Of a stretch of 34,665 nt of DNA, positions 1 to 11,998 are shown one piece after another (position 1 is the first letter of the stretch; each line of letters starts with the position of its first letter). The stretch covers positions 42,359,081 through 42,393,745 of the forward strand of contig NC_068997.1 of NCBI RefSeq assembly GCF_001194135.2. The letters are read 5' to 3'. The notes beneath the pieces are model-generated. The model made no database searches. It saw nothing but the letters and a program-made list of their open reading frames with translations, and was not told the origin of the DNA. The stretch comes from Octopus bimaculoides (Eukaryota). Position numbers and translations under genes: made by a program.

Positions 1-150
1 TATGTATATATATATGTATATATATATATGTATATATATATGTATATATATATATGTATATATATATGTATATATATATATGTATATATATATGTATATA
101 TATATATGTATATATATATATGTATATATATATATATGTATATATATATG

Positions 151-197
<47 letters not shown>

Positions 198-212
198 GTA
201 TATATGTATATA
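1..212. repeat. (TA)n/(TATATG)n microsatellite
   Basis: Directly visible. Confidence 0.97.
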
Positions 213-425
213 TTCTACATCTGAAAGCTAATGTTTAATACAGTATCAAGTAGCATTTTTTCTTAGTTTCTGTTAGTAACATTGAGTCTGGATTTGCGTT
301 TTCCAGAGTATAACTTTATTTCAGAATGTGTGGTATTTAATTTATTTAGACATTTGCAGAATTCATTGATTCATTAATTGAAGAAGAAAAAAAGTTACTC
401 TTGTTTAAAAGTAACTTTTTTACAG

Positions 426-505
426 TGATTGTTCCCTTCCTTGCAACACCAAGTTGACGAACAAGCCTCTCATGATGTCCTTGACAAGGGCTATGTTCGT
501 CAATG
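426..505 (+). other. Candidate exon of an unidentified + strand gene
   Basis: Acceptor ttttttacag and consensus donor G|GTGAGT around a GC-richer island. Possible readings: DCSLPCNTKLTNKPLMMSLTRAMFVN, IVPFLATPS*, or VDEQASHDVLDKGYVRQW from an alternative AG at 452-453. Product not recognised. Confidence 0.3.
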
Positions 506-714
506 GTGAGTTCCTTGGCAGGTGCTATGAACTTGCCTTGGAATTTTTGCGGGAGAATTCAAATGTTCTGTTCTCTTCCTTTGGGTGTTTTTTTTTTTTT
601 TTTTACAATGCCTCATTTTTGTTGGTTAAATAGAACTGAGTTTATTTCACCTGCTTGGTTGTAGTAAACTCGGGTTGTAAATATCTCGAAGAAATACTGC
701 TAAGTATTTCCTCC

Positions 715-873
715 GATCCACTGCCCTAGACTGGTATTTTATTTTATTGACTCTGGAAGGATGAAAAGCAAAGCTGACTTGAGAAGGATTTAAACTCAAA
801 GCAAAAGAACTAGAGCAAACACTACAAGATATTTTATCCAGTGTTCTAACAATTCTGCCAATTAATAATGATT
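715..873 (-). mobile_element. SINE family A (tRNA-derived, probable Meta-type core), degraded
   Basis: Reverse complement of the gcctttcatcc...gataaaataagtaccag core and ggcagaattgttag head seen in other copies. Confidence 0.7.
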
Positions 874-990
874 CTAAACTGAGCAAGTTGTACAGTTTAA
901 TTTGCGATTTTACCCAAACAATCAATTGTAAAAATGCTTTTAGTGACCATTCTATTAGGTTTCTGACCAAGATAGTGAACTTCTGCTTAG

Positions 991-1191
991 TTCAACAACC
1001 TATCTATAAATGAGTTACCTACAGAACCTATACAGTGGACTGGTGTTCTGTTTGGAATCTTCTCACACACATTCGCTGAGATTAAGATAACTTTTGCAAC
1101 ACCGAGTTGTTCAGTCTCCATGTACTACATTAAGACAGTTATCAAATTGCCCTTGCAACCTGATGCTTCATGGACTGTTTATCAGGAATGA
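991..1191 (+). other. Candidate terminal coding exon of an unidentified + strand gene
   Basis: After ttctgcttag there is a 66-codon open frame (FNNLSINELPTEPIQWTGVLFG...QPDASWTVYQE*), followed by T-rich 3'UTR-like sequence. No family recognised. Confidence 0.2.
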
Positions 1192-2066
1192 TCATGTATT
1201 TTGGTTATGTAACAGTTTTTTTCCCCTTTTTTCATGATATGCTAACTCAAATGGAAGATTGAGTGAACTTTTGTTTCCTGAATGTCTCTTTCTGTGTTGT
1301 CTTGAATTATTTTTTTTAATCTTGTATTATTCTACAAATTATGTAAAATACTTAACTGTATTTCCTGTGCTTCAGTTGCTACAGTTTACATTTTAAATTG
1401 ATATTTGGATTTTTGAACTCAGTTTTTATTACTTAAAATTTCAATGATTTCATTAATCCCCCCCCCTCATATTTTCACTATTTATTCATAACATATTCAC
1501 ACATTTTGTAAGTAGATTGTTATAATTACTAGTGTTGTACAAAATACTTTACAGTATTTTCACATGTATCCCGTTTTACTTTCTAAGCTGGAATCCCAGG
1601 TTCACTTTACTTGTCATTCTTCCAGGGTTGATAAAATAAGGTCCAGTTAAATAATAGTGATGTCAATTTAATGAGCTGTTCCTTCCTCCACTAAAGATGA
1701 TGGCCTTTTATGCCAAAGACAAAAATAACTTCATTAGCATTTCTGTTGTAGGTTGTCTTTAGTTGTTGATAAAATTTTATTTTTGTATAAACATTAGGTT
1801 AATCAGACTACTGAATTCCTTACAATAGTATTTTTTGGGTTCTTTTTTTTCTGTCATAAATGATTAATTCTTCAGTTTGCAGAGCTTGATATTAAATATT
1901 TCCTTTCTATATAATAGAAATGATTCTCGATATGTAATAGTTATGTTTAATATAGTGCAGTGATATTAAATAATGTGTTTAACATAAGGGAACAGTATCC
2001 AAATATTATTTTAATTAAATAATCAAGTAGTCATTTTGTGTGTATTATTATGGTAATTATTATTAA

Positions 2067-2488
2067 GGCAGCGAACTGGCAGAATTGTTAGCACACCAGG
2101 CAAAATTCTTGACAGCATTTTGTCTGTCTTCACATTCTGAGTTCAAATTCCGCTGCGGTCAACTTTGCCTTTTATCCTTTCAGGGTTGATAAAATAAGTA
2201 CCAGTTACACACTGGGGTCAATGTAATGAACTAGTACCCTCCCACAAAATTTCAGGCTTTGTGCCTTTAGCAGAAAGGATTAAAATTATTAAGGTGGCGA
2301 GCTGGCAGAATCGTTGTCTGTCTTCAGATTCTAAGTTCAAATGCCGCTGGGGTCAACTTTGCCTTTCATCCTTTCGGGGTTGATAAAATAAATACCAGTT
2401 GAGCACTTGGGTTGATGTAATTGACTAGCCCCCACCCCAAATTTCAGGCCTTGTGCCTATAGTAGAAAGGATTATTATTATTATTATT
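2067..2488 (+). mobile_element. Two tandem copies of SINE family A (2067-2282, 2293-2488)
   Basis: A-box-like ggcgagctggcagaatcgtt, B-box-like gttcaaat, core ctttgcctttcatcctttcggggttgataaaataa, tail agaaaggattattatt. Confidence 0.9.
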
Positions 2489-3206
2489 AGTGATACTGCA
2501 TAGTTATAAGTTTTCACTAAGAAGTCAGCTAATGTTGCTAATTATTGACATTGCTTCAAAGTTCTTAGAGACCAAACTGGATGAGGGCATTTGGTTTTTT
2601 ATTTAACATGATTACAGATGTGGATGATTAGAGGCTTATTAAGCGTCACCCCCAATGCCTGCCAATAATAACAACCATGACATTGCAAAATATCTGAATT
2701 TATCATACTTGTAAATAGGTAGTTGTATGTATGAATGAATACAGGAAGGAAGATTGTGGTGTAGTAAATGGTGCTAGGTTCCTTTTTTTTTTATCCTTTA
2801 CATAATGTTGACAATAATTTTTTTTTTTTCCCCCCTTTTTAAATGTCTAAAATATTGTGAAAAGGCAGTGGTAATATTCACGCACATACAAACAGCATTT
2901 TTATGCCATTTAGTAATTATTTCAAGTAACCAAAAAAAAAAAAAAAAAAAAAAAATGTAATCCTTGGCTGGAATTTCTAGCTGTTACATTAAAATTAATA
3001 ATTTTCTATTTTACACTTATATATATATTTCAGTCATTTTATTCTGAAATGACTTGGTAGATTGCAAAATAATCATTTCCCAGAATAGAAAACTTAATTT
3101 TCTAGTCAAACAGTTTTGTCTCATGATCTGAAGTTGATGCATTTGTATGTAGGTTTGTCAGTCGGTCTGTCTGCATGCATGAATGATACCATACAGGTAG
3201 AGTAAA

Positions 3207-3349
3207 ATAGTATTTTATTAAAGCTGAAAATATTTCATTAACTGTTACTCAGAGTTTCATGTAACCAACCATCGTAACAATCTGATGATTGCTTGCATGG
3301 GACTTTGAGTAACAGTTAATGAATTTTTTCAGCTTCAATAAAATACTAT
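3207..3349. repeat. Long imperfect palindrome (~66-bp arms, ~10-nt loop); probable TA-flanked MITE
   Basis: The left arm atagtattttattaaagctgaaaatatttcattaactgttactcagag... is the reverse complement of ...ctttgagtaacagttaatgaattttttcagcttcaataaaatactat. Confidence 0.85.
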
Positions 3350-3928
3350 ATATATATTTATATATATATATATATATAATTAGCTTGTTTCAAAAAAGGG
3401 AAGGGCCATCATCATAAGTTTTCTCTGCCTTTCCTAAACTGAGGAACTGGGAAAACTAGGTGAGATTAATGTGGTTCATGCTCAGTTTGAATTCTTGCAT
3501 ATTTTCTGTTAATTAAATACAATCCTCATTTCAATGATAGTGGCTGGTTTTGATGTATCGAAATAATATGGATCACAAATTGGTTTTCTTAAATTGTTGT
3601 GGCATTTGGAATAACTGAACATGTTTATTCAAGAGACTTGTCATGCTCTTTGTATAGCAGCAACTGAGATGTTGCTGTGGGAAGAATACTTGCTCAGCAG
3701 CTTTCATACATATTGTTTCAGTTCAAATATTTCAAGGAGAAACTTGAACATTTTTTTAAATAAAGAAAAATACATGACAATTATAAAATCGTGCTGTTTA
3801 AGAAATGGCTTTAAATGAAATGATGAAATGATTATGTCTCATTTGTGCAGGGAAATATTTAGGCCTCTATTCTTACATGGAAGTAAATCATTGTTAAACA
3901 AATCCTAGGGATTATCATAAGCCTAAAA

Positions 3929-4473
3929 GTGGCAGACTAACAGAATTGTTAGATTTAAAAAAAAAAAAAAAAAAGCTTTGCAGTATTTGTTCCAACTCTT
4001 TTGAGTTCAGATCCCACTGAGGTCAACTTTGCCTTTGCATCCTTTTGGGGTCTATGAAATAAAATACCAGTCAAATACTGTGGTTCAATGGTATTGACAA
4101 ACTCCTTCCCCTCAGAATTGCTGGCCTCGTGCCTAAATTAGAAACATGAGAATCATTAGAGCATTGCAAAAAAGAAAAAAAAAAAAAAGAATGCCTTGTG
4201 GTTTTTGTTCAGGTTCTGAGTTCAAATCCTGCTGAGGTTAACAAACTTTGCTTTTTATCCTTCTGGTGTAGTCAATAAAATAAAGAAGGGCAGTGAATGG
4301 CAGAAACAGTAGTGTCAGATAAAATACATTAAGATGCCTAGTTACATCTGTGTAGTGAATTCAGATGTTGATCAAGTCGAAAGGATAAGCAGATATCAAT
4401 TGAGTTGATGTAATTGAATCCCCCCACCCCCAATATTTGTGGCATCTTAGTACCAATGTTAGAAATTACTATT
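3929..4473 (+). mobile_element. Cluster of three degraded SINE family A copies
   Basis: Repeated head, gagttcaaat and actttgccttt..cctt motifs at about 3929-4145, 4146-4285 and 4286-4473. Confidence 0.7.
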
Positions 4474-7010
4474 GTCTACTTAAAAAAAAAAAATCAGCTT
4501 ATGAGCTTCACAAAACTATATCTTCATAATTTATTATTAGGCACAGAAAATGTCTGTTAAGTCTATTTGCTATTGAGAAATTGTGAAAAATATGCTGACT
4601 TTCTACTTACTAGTTCTGGGATTGATAGCAATGTTCAAGGTCTGGTTGTGATGGTGGACAAGTATTTTGTTGTTTTTTGTTTTTTTTAAAATTTTTATCA
4701 TGACTGTAAATAAAACTTCCTACCTGCACATAGAAGTATAGAATATATACATATATATACAACTTGTTTAGCCATTGTGTGATGGAGATGACAGTGTCCC
4801 TTACAGACAGTATATGCAGACAAGTGTGTGCTTAGGACAGGAATCGAACCCCAGAAACTAGTACCAGAATAATTTACAGACCTGAATATACATTGTACTC
4901 TAAAAGACAATTTATGGGTTAAAAAACCAGACAGCAAAACTAGGTTTATGTATTATGTTGTGAAAGAAATGAAAAGATTTTGGTGTTTTGAATAGTTTGT
5001 TCTTTGTCTGGTTAGAGAAGACAGTCCCTTCTTCACCATTTATTTATTGATCTTGATAAAGGACAAATTGTGTAAAATGTCAGTCTCCCTTCTTTTCCTT
5101 CACTGTGTTATACATTAACTTTGTATTGTTGTTTGCTCTGGGTTGTTTTTTTTTTGTTTTGGCTACTAAATTTCCTTTTTGGACACACACACACATATAT
5201 ATACATTCACTCGTAAACATATTCACATTCACCATGCTGACATAGATCAAGCCTGGATTACACAGATACTGGTATTTCTTACATTGTAATCTTGCTGGTC
5301 AAAATATTGGGTTTTAAAGAATTTTTTAACCTCAGTCGATGGCTGGGGTATAAACTTTTTGTTAAGCTGCTGTTTTTACTGATGTAATGATAACTGTTGG
5401 CACTTGAACTGATCCCCAACCTCTCCATGACGTTATAGTTTTGTCTCATCACAGAAATTAAAAAAAAATATTAAAATTGTATATAAAGAAAAGAAAAGAA
5501 AAATTCTTTTCTCTTCACATCACAGTTTATTAATGACATAAACTTTCTATTTATCCATTTGGTGCAGTTTGATGTTTCTTAGTTTAAACTGTTACCTTCA
5601 GCACTGCTTGATGAAATTGCAGGAGGTGTGTGAATGTGTGTGGAATGGGTAGGTAGAAATATAATGTAAAAGTTAATTTAATTCTTCAAGTTTGACAGTT
5701 TTGATTCCTTTTAGTTTTAGTATGCCACTGCAGTGGAAGTGTTGAGCTTCTATTAAGAATAGAAATTCTAGTGGCCACTTACTTGGGTAAATTTTATCAA
5801 ATCTTTCTCTGAACTAATAATTCCGTAATTGTTGTCCATTTTAAACTGAGACTATTTTACTTCAGTGCCTAATTACCCTCTGATATATCAGTAAAAAAAT
5901 CTTACTAAATATGTCAACTTCTAAATGGGATACGATTGCATATTTCTTTTTAGTGTTGCTGAGAGGTGATCAAACTGGTTTTTGTTGGAGATTTTCTTAT
6001 TTAAAATCTAATCACAGGCAGAAAAAGTTATCCATGGGGTAGGGAGAAATCGAGGTAAATTTATGTGGATAAACTCTTGCTCTGTGATTTTATGTATGAC
6101 AAAAGCTTGATGATTTCCGAGTGATGTGTAGTATCAATCACAAGGAGGAAATTCAAATGACAGTTTTTGTTTGTTTGTGGGTTTTTCTTTTGTATTTTGT
6201 TTGTTTTTTAATTTAATTTCTTAATCAATTACATGGATATTACTTTTTAAACATTTTGAAAAATTCGGTTTGAAATTCAAACTTAACATTCCTGTTCTGG
6301 GCTACCAACTTTGAGATGATGTAGCCGTGTGAGTGTTTACAAGAGACACACAGTAATAGTTCTTCAGAAATGTTTTCATTAAAAGTGGACATTTTTTTAA
6401 ACTAGGTATTACAAATTACTGTTTATCTTTTGAAACTAACATTTTTTTTTTCCTTCCCCAACCCTTTTGCCAAATAGTATTTAAAATTCTTTTATTATCC
6501 GACTTAGAAATGTTTTCTCTTAAATTTCTAAAAATGTAATGAGAACTTATCTCATTTCTATTTATTTATGTTTACAAGTTATCAATTTATTTTTGTTCTT
6601 GCAAGAGAACCAGTCTCAATGAAACTTGAGCCAAAATTGGTAAAGTCTTGCATGCCTGGTTTTCCTTTTTGTTTTTTAAATTATTACTATGTAAAATTTA
6701 CTGAATCACTTTGAAAATGAGAAAACGAGAGTAAATATTTGCATTGTAAATACTTATTTATAAATTTTTTTGTTTTCTTAATTTGCTGTCAATTTTAAAT
6801 TCTTTCTTCTAAGCACAGTGTATTGACAAATCCATTTTTTTATTTTCTTTCCATCCACCATACCTTTGGCAGCACCAACCCCCTGCTCATTCACAAATCC
6901 AACTGGAGAAGTGTTTAATTTTATTTTGTTTCCCGTCTTCTAAAAGATGCTGCCATAACCAATTCTTCAATTGATTACAACCCCAAATGTTTGGTTTTAT
7001 ACATCATATT

Positions 7011-7012
7011 CA

Positions 7013-7045
<33 letters not shown>
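7011..7045. repeat. (CA)n microsatellite
   Basis: Directly visible; a further TG/TATG tract lies at about 7283-7390. Confidence 0.95.
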
Positions 7046-7050
<5 letters not shown>

Positions 7051-8033
7051 TGATAGTAAATAAAATGTTAAACACTTGTCATGCAAATTAGTAGCGCCAC
7101 TTCTCTAAAGTTACAAGGTTAAATGTGTCTATAAACAGAATGTCTGCTCATTTCTCTGGAATTGCCAAGTGATGTTGACACCTAATGAGACCCTAATAAG
7201 GGTCAATAATTGGTTAAGCTTCATCATTTTTTTTTTCGTTCGTTCTACAGAGGAATCAGTAAGATTGACAGGATTGTATGTCTATTGCATGTGTATATGT
7301 GTGTATGTATGTATGTGTTTATATGTATTTATGTATATGACATAGTGGATATGCATGTCATTATGTGTGTGTGTGTGTGTGTGTGTGTGTTAATTTTATA
7401 CATAATATTGGTTCTTAATATTCCCAAGAATATTAAAATTTCTTTCATTTGCTCCCTGTTTCTTTATAACAATACATTGGTGCTGAATTTATGGAGTTAA
7501 CAGTTTGCTTCACTTGATTACATTTTTTTTCCCCTTATTAATTAATTTAAACAGTTTTTCATTGATTTGAATTTGAAATTTATTATTAATTTCCCAGTCC
7601 CTATTTGAATGTTACTGCAACACCTAATTGTAAATTAATTTCCTGTATATATATGTCTGAACCAGTAACAAAATCTTTCCACTCTACTGACCACAGATTA
7701 GGACATTTCCTAAGCTTACTTTGAAGATTCAGAAATATCTTTTTTATCCTAAGTGATAAGATCACTTGATTAATATCTTATTCTGAAATTAAATTGATTT
7801 TTCTGAATTTACTATCTGATTTTGTGTTGTTTTCGTCTAAGAACATTGTTGTTGAATATCTTAAACCAGGGTAAACCTGGATCCTGCATAACCATGTTTC
7901 TTGCCTCTTTTTATTATTTTAAGCATCGTCTTTCTTGAGAGACATTTAGCTGTGATTTCTAGCAGGTTGAATGACCATGTAGAAATTTTCTGAGTGGATT
8001 TAGCAGAAATTGTTGAGCATGGACAAAATCATT

Positions 8034-8250
8034 GTCATTATCATAATTTAATGTTCATGTCTCATGATGGCATGGGTCAGATAATTTGACTGGATCCAGT
8101 GGGCCTTGTGTTCCAGTGCAGGATCCAATAGGCCTTGTGTTCCAGTGGCTGCTTTGATATGGTTTCTATGGATGGATGCCTTTCCTAATACCATCCACTT
8201 TGCAGTGTGTATTGGATATCTTTTTATGCTACCAGCACTAGTGAGGCCAT
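8034..8250 (-). mobile_element. Old copy of the RTE-tailed SINE family C with a ~29-bp internal tandem duplication
   Basis: Contains ggatgcctttcctaataccatccac; ggatcca..ggccttgtgttccagtg occurs twice. Confidence 0.6.
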
Positions 8251-8327
8251 CATGTAGTTTGCAAGACTGTGACCTCCAAGGAGGAAACTTTATACTAGAT
8301 GATGAAGGGTATTTAAAAAAAAAATTT

Positions 8328-8673
8328 GTGCAGGCGTTGCTTCCCAACCACATGGTTTCGGGTTCAGTTGCACTGCATGGCACCTTGGGCAAGTGCCTTC
8401 TACTATAGCCTCAGGCTGACTGAAGCCTTGTGAATTTATTTGGTAGATGGAAACTGAAAGAAGATTGTTGTGGATGTATATGTGTGTGTATTTGTCCCCC
8501 CCCCCACACATCACTGCTTGGCAACCAGTGTTGGTGTGTTTACATCCCTGCAACTTAACGGTTCGGCAAAAGAAACTGGTAGTATAAGTACCAGGGTTGA
8601 TTTGTCTGACTAAAATCTTTCAAGGCAGTGCTCCAGCATGACCACAATCAAATAACTGAAACAAATACAAGTA
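8328..8673 (+). mobile_element. SINE family B (tRNA-derived, CORE-like; resembles octopus OR-type SINEs)
   Basis: gcttcccaaccacatggtttcgggttcag head, ggcaccttgggcaagtg CORE-like motif, internal TG microsatellite, gctccagcatg...ctgaaaca tail. Confidence 0.85.
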
Positions 8674-8824
8674 TTCAATTCCTATCAGGATCAACTTGCT
8701 CTTTTAAGGTCAATAAGATAAGTAGCAGCAAACACTGGGGTCAATTTCAATTAATTGTAACCTTCTATAAATTTGCAATTGTTCAAAATCATTTTATTTA
8801 ATTTAGTGGAAGTGCAATGGCGTT

Positions 8825-9102
8825 CATCATCATCATCATCGTCTAACGTCCGCTTTCCATGCTAGCATGGGTTGGACGATTTGACTGAGGGCTGGCGAAC
8901 CAGATGGCTGCACCAGACTGGAATCTGATTTGGCAGAGTTTCTACGGCTGGATGCCCTTCTTAATGCCAACCACTCAGAGAGTGTAGTGGGTGCTTTTAC
9001 GTGCCACCAGCACGAAGGCCAGTCAGGAGGTACTCGCAATAGCCATGCTCGAAATGGTGTTTTTTACGTGCCACCTGCACAGAAGCCAGTCCAGCGGCAC
9101 TG
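8825..9102 (-). mobile_element. SINE family C ((GAT)n RTE-like 3' tail, ggaagggcatcc central domain), 5' truncated
   Basis: (cat)n-cgtctaacgtccgctttccatgctagcatggg... is near-identical to the copies at 18311, 21205 and 29110. Confidence 0.9.
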
Positions 9103-9400
9103 TGAGTGTTTATTGAGTGAAACCACCTAAAGCTTCATGAGGCTCCAGCAGGGGGTGGTGGTGAACCCTGCTGTACTCTTTCACCACAACTTTCACTCTT
9201 TCTTCCTGTTTCTGTTGTGCCCGTATTTCAAAGGGCCAGCCTTGTCACACTCTGTGTCATGCTGAATCTCCCTGAGAATTACATTAAAGGTACATGTGTC
9301 TGCGGAGTGTGCAGCTGCTTGCATGTTAATTCCACAAGCAGGCTGTTCCGTTGATCGGATCAACTAGAACCCTTGTCATCATAAGCGACAGAGTGCCATG
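9102..9400 (-). mobile_element. SINE-like family D (possibly Ceph-type)
   Basis: GC-richer block; the minus strand has aattaacatgcaag...gggagattcagcatgacacagagtgtgacaaggctggccctttgaa, which I recall as a cephalopod repeat. Single copy in the window, so the family assignment is from memory only. Confidence 0.5.
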
Positions 9401-9699
9401 ATTTCATTCAGTATATTTCCTGGAACTGACAACCAGCCAGCCATTCTAATGTATTAACATCTACTTACATGGTTTATCCCATGTATATATTTACCTTTTT
9501 TTTTTCCCCATACTAAAGAGTTGAGATTTATTGGGAGCAGTATTCTACAGCCAGATGCCCTTCATGTCATCAACTCCTGTTTTTCAAGTAAGCTATTTTT
9601 ATTCCATTGGTTTTCATATGAAACCAATGAGATGTTGGACATATTGTATGAGGGGGACTTAAACAGTTACTCAAATGATATCAAAATGAAGACTCTTAT

Positions 9700-9858
9700 A
9701 TTCAAACATATACGATGGGCTTCCATACAGTTTCTATCTACTAAATTTTGTTCCCAAGGCTTTAGTGAGTTCAATGCATTTGCCTAAGGTGCTACTCAGT
9801 TGGATAGAACCTGGTGCCATGTGGTTACGAAGTGAAGTTTGTAATGAAGCAGCCAATT
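9700..9858 (-). mobile_element. SINE family B 5' half, degraded
   Basis: atttgcctaaggtgc...gaacctgg..ccatgtggtt is the reverse CORE-like and head motif. Confidence 0.7.
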
Positions 9859-10057
9859 GTTTATAGTATTTGGAATAATTTGTTGCTCTTTGAGCTATTG
9901 TTCCTTTTTTTTAACTTCCAGTACTTGATAGTGTATACCTTCAAAGTATGATCAATGTAAGAAGGCAATATTTTATATTTTAAAGCCATAAAGGCAGTGA
10001 GCTGACAGAATCATTAGCAGACTGGGCAAAATGCCTAACAGCATTTCAGCCTTTTGG

Positions 10058-10148
10058 GATTTGACTGAGGACTGGTGAACCAGATGGCTACACCAGGCTC
10101 CAATCTGATTTGGCAGAGTTTCTACAGCTGGATAGCCTTCCTAACGCC
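10058..10148 (-). mobile_element. SINE family C fragment
   Basis: gatttgactgaggactggtgaaccagatggctacaccaggctccaatctg...ccttcctaacgcca. Confidence 0.85.
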
Positions 10149-10169
10149 ATATACACACACACACACACA

Positions 10170-10730
10170 NNNNNNNNNNNNNNNNNNNNNNNNNNNNNNN
10201 NNNNNNNNNNNNNNNNNNNNNNNNNNNNNNNNNNNNNNNNNNNNNNNNNNNNNNNNNNNNNNNNNNNNNNNNNNNNNNNNNNNNNNNNNNNNNNNNNNNN
10301 NNNNNNNNNNNNNNNNNNNNNNNNNNNNNNNNNNNNNNNNNNNNNNNNNNNNNNNNNNNNNNNNNNNNNNNNNNNNNNNNNNNNNNNNNNNNNNNNNNNN
10401 NNNNNNNNNNNNNNNNNNNNNNNNNNNNNNNNNNNNNNNNNNNNNNNNNNNNNNNNNNNNNNNNNNNNNNNNNNNNNNNNNNNNNNNNNNNNNNNNNNNN
10501 NNNNNNNNNNNNNNNNNNNNNNNNNNNNNNNNNNNNNNNNNNNNNNNNNNNNNNNNNNNNNNNNNNNNNNNNNNNNNNNNNNNNNNNNNNNNNNNNNNNN
10601 NNNNNNNNNNNNNNNNNNNNNNNNNNNNNNNNNNNNNNNNNNNNNNNNNNNNNNNNNNNNNNNNNNNNNNNNNNNNNNNNNNNNNNNNNNNNNNNNNNNN
10701 NNNNNNNNNNNNNNNNNNNNNNNNNNNNNN
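10170..10730. other. Assembly gap (561 N)
   Basis: Run of N. Confidence 1.
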
Positions 10731-11072
10731 GAGATGCACCATTTTGAGCGTGGCCGTTGCCAGTACCGCCTGACTGGCTCCCGTAGGATTTTCGAGTGAG
10801 ATCGTTGCCAGTGCCCCTGGACTGGCCTGTGCGGGTGGCACATAAAAGACACCATTTCGAGCGTGGCCGTTTTCGTGCGGGTGACACGTAAAAGCACCCA
10901 CTACACTCTCTGAGTGGTTGGCGTTAGGAAGGGCATCCAGCTGTAGAAGCTCTGCCAAATTAGATTGGAGCCTGGTGTTGCCATCCGGTTTCACCAGTCC
11001 TCAGTCAAATCGTCCAACCCATGCTAGCATGGAAAGCGGACGTTAAACGATGATGATGATGATGATGATGAT
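10731..11072 (+). mobile_element. SINE family C ending in (GAT)n
   Basis: ggttggcgttaggaagggcatccagctgtag...ggaaagcggacgttaaac(gat)n. Confidence 0.9.
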
Positions 11073-11183
11073 ACAAATTATAAAAAATATATATACAGTA
11101 CAGTACTGTTTCTACTTTGCAGGTTTTTGCCCACTGTGGGGAGTTTTGGAATGTTACACCTGAAATAGTTGAGAGATTACCAT

Positions 11184-11224
<41 letters not shown>

Positions 11225-11514
11225 CACACATGCAAAATCAATCCACTCTCAAGGTTTCTCATAGGCTTGGGATTTTAGCAGAAGACACTTGCCGAATGTG
11301 CAAAACTTGCAGATACAAATGTGTGTGTGAGAGAGAGAGAGAGAAGAGAGAGGGAGGGATAATAAAATGTAACAATGAATGGGTTTTTCATTTTCTGTTG
11401 TTCTTTCTAATATTTATTCACACCCATACATATATTATATATGTATGGGTGAATGGACAAATGAAAGAAAAGGACACTCAATACATTTTGTAGGAGTTAC
11501 ATGAATTATTTAGA

Positions 11515-11681
11515 AGTTTGATTTGGTTCCATGCAACTTAAAGCTTCGTAGGCCTCTAACAGAAGCCCGTCTCTTTCTGGCTTTAGATTACTAAATCTAA
11601 TTCAGTAATCTAAACTCTAAAAGAAATGGGCTTCTGTTAAAGGCTTACAAAGCTCTAAGTTACATAGACCCAAATCAAACT
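11515..11681. repeat. Long palindrome (82-bp arms, 3-nt loop); foldback element or MITE
   Basis: Arms match at 68/82 positions by manual alignment with no gaps; loop is cta. Confidence 0.9.
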
Positions 11682-11777
11682 GTTTTAGATAATATATATA
11701 TATACATACATATATATATTTACATACATACATATATACACATATATATATACATATATATATATACACACATATAT

Positions 11778-11877
11778 NNNNNNNNNNNNNNNNNNNNNNN
11801 NNNNNNNNNNNNNNNNNNNNNNNNNNNNNNNNNNNNNNNNNNNNNNNNNNNNNNNNNNNNNNNNNNNNNNNNNNNNN
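11778..11877. other. Assembly gap (100 N, probably of unknown true size)
   Basis: Run of exactly 100 N. Confidence 1.
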
Positions 11878-11998
11878 ATCTTCTTTATGCTGATGGTCAA
11901 ACCAAAGGCTTTACATGCAGCAGAAAAATGGTCTAGAAGTGCTTGAGCTGCTTCCTCTAAGGAGGTCGCTACTAGTGCAACATCATCTGCAAAAACAC
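11878..11998 (-). mobile_element. RTE-clade LINE reverse transcriptase fragment (inverted segment)
   Basis: VFADDVALVATSLEEAAQALLDHFSAACKAFGLTISIKK matches the RTE RT motif FADD...FGL.IS.KKT. Confidence 0.9.

Noticed and set aside
2-238. Y/I/M/C-rich ORFs here and at 7210, 13061, 13081, 14080-14298 and similar
   Set aside because: Translations of TA/TG/CA microsatellites.
427-590. LTRAMFVNGEFLGRCYELALEFLRENSNVL looks faintly like a PIKK kinase C-lobe
   Set aside because: It needs read-through of a consensus GTGAGT donor, has wrong spacing, and has no other kinase motifs nearby.
441-1109. 15/16 repeated word ttgcaacacc(a/g)agttg at 441-456 and 1094-1109 in the two candidate exons
   Set aside because: No flanking similarity, so it is insufficient to claim duplicated or mutually exclusive exons.
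2067-2200. tRNA-like A/B boxes here and in other SINE heads
   Set aside because: No cloverleaf; they continue into SINE bodies, so they are not tRNA genes.
10075-10994. ORFs over 200 aa around 10.1-11.0 kb
   Set aside because: Length comes from translating through the N gap.
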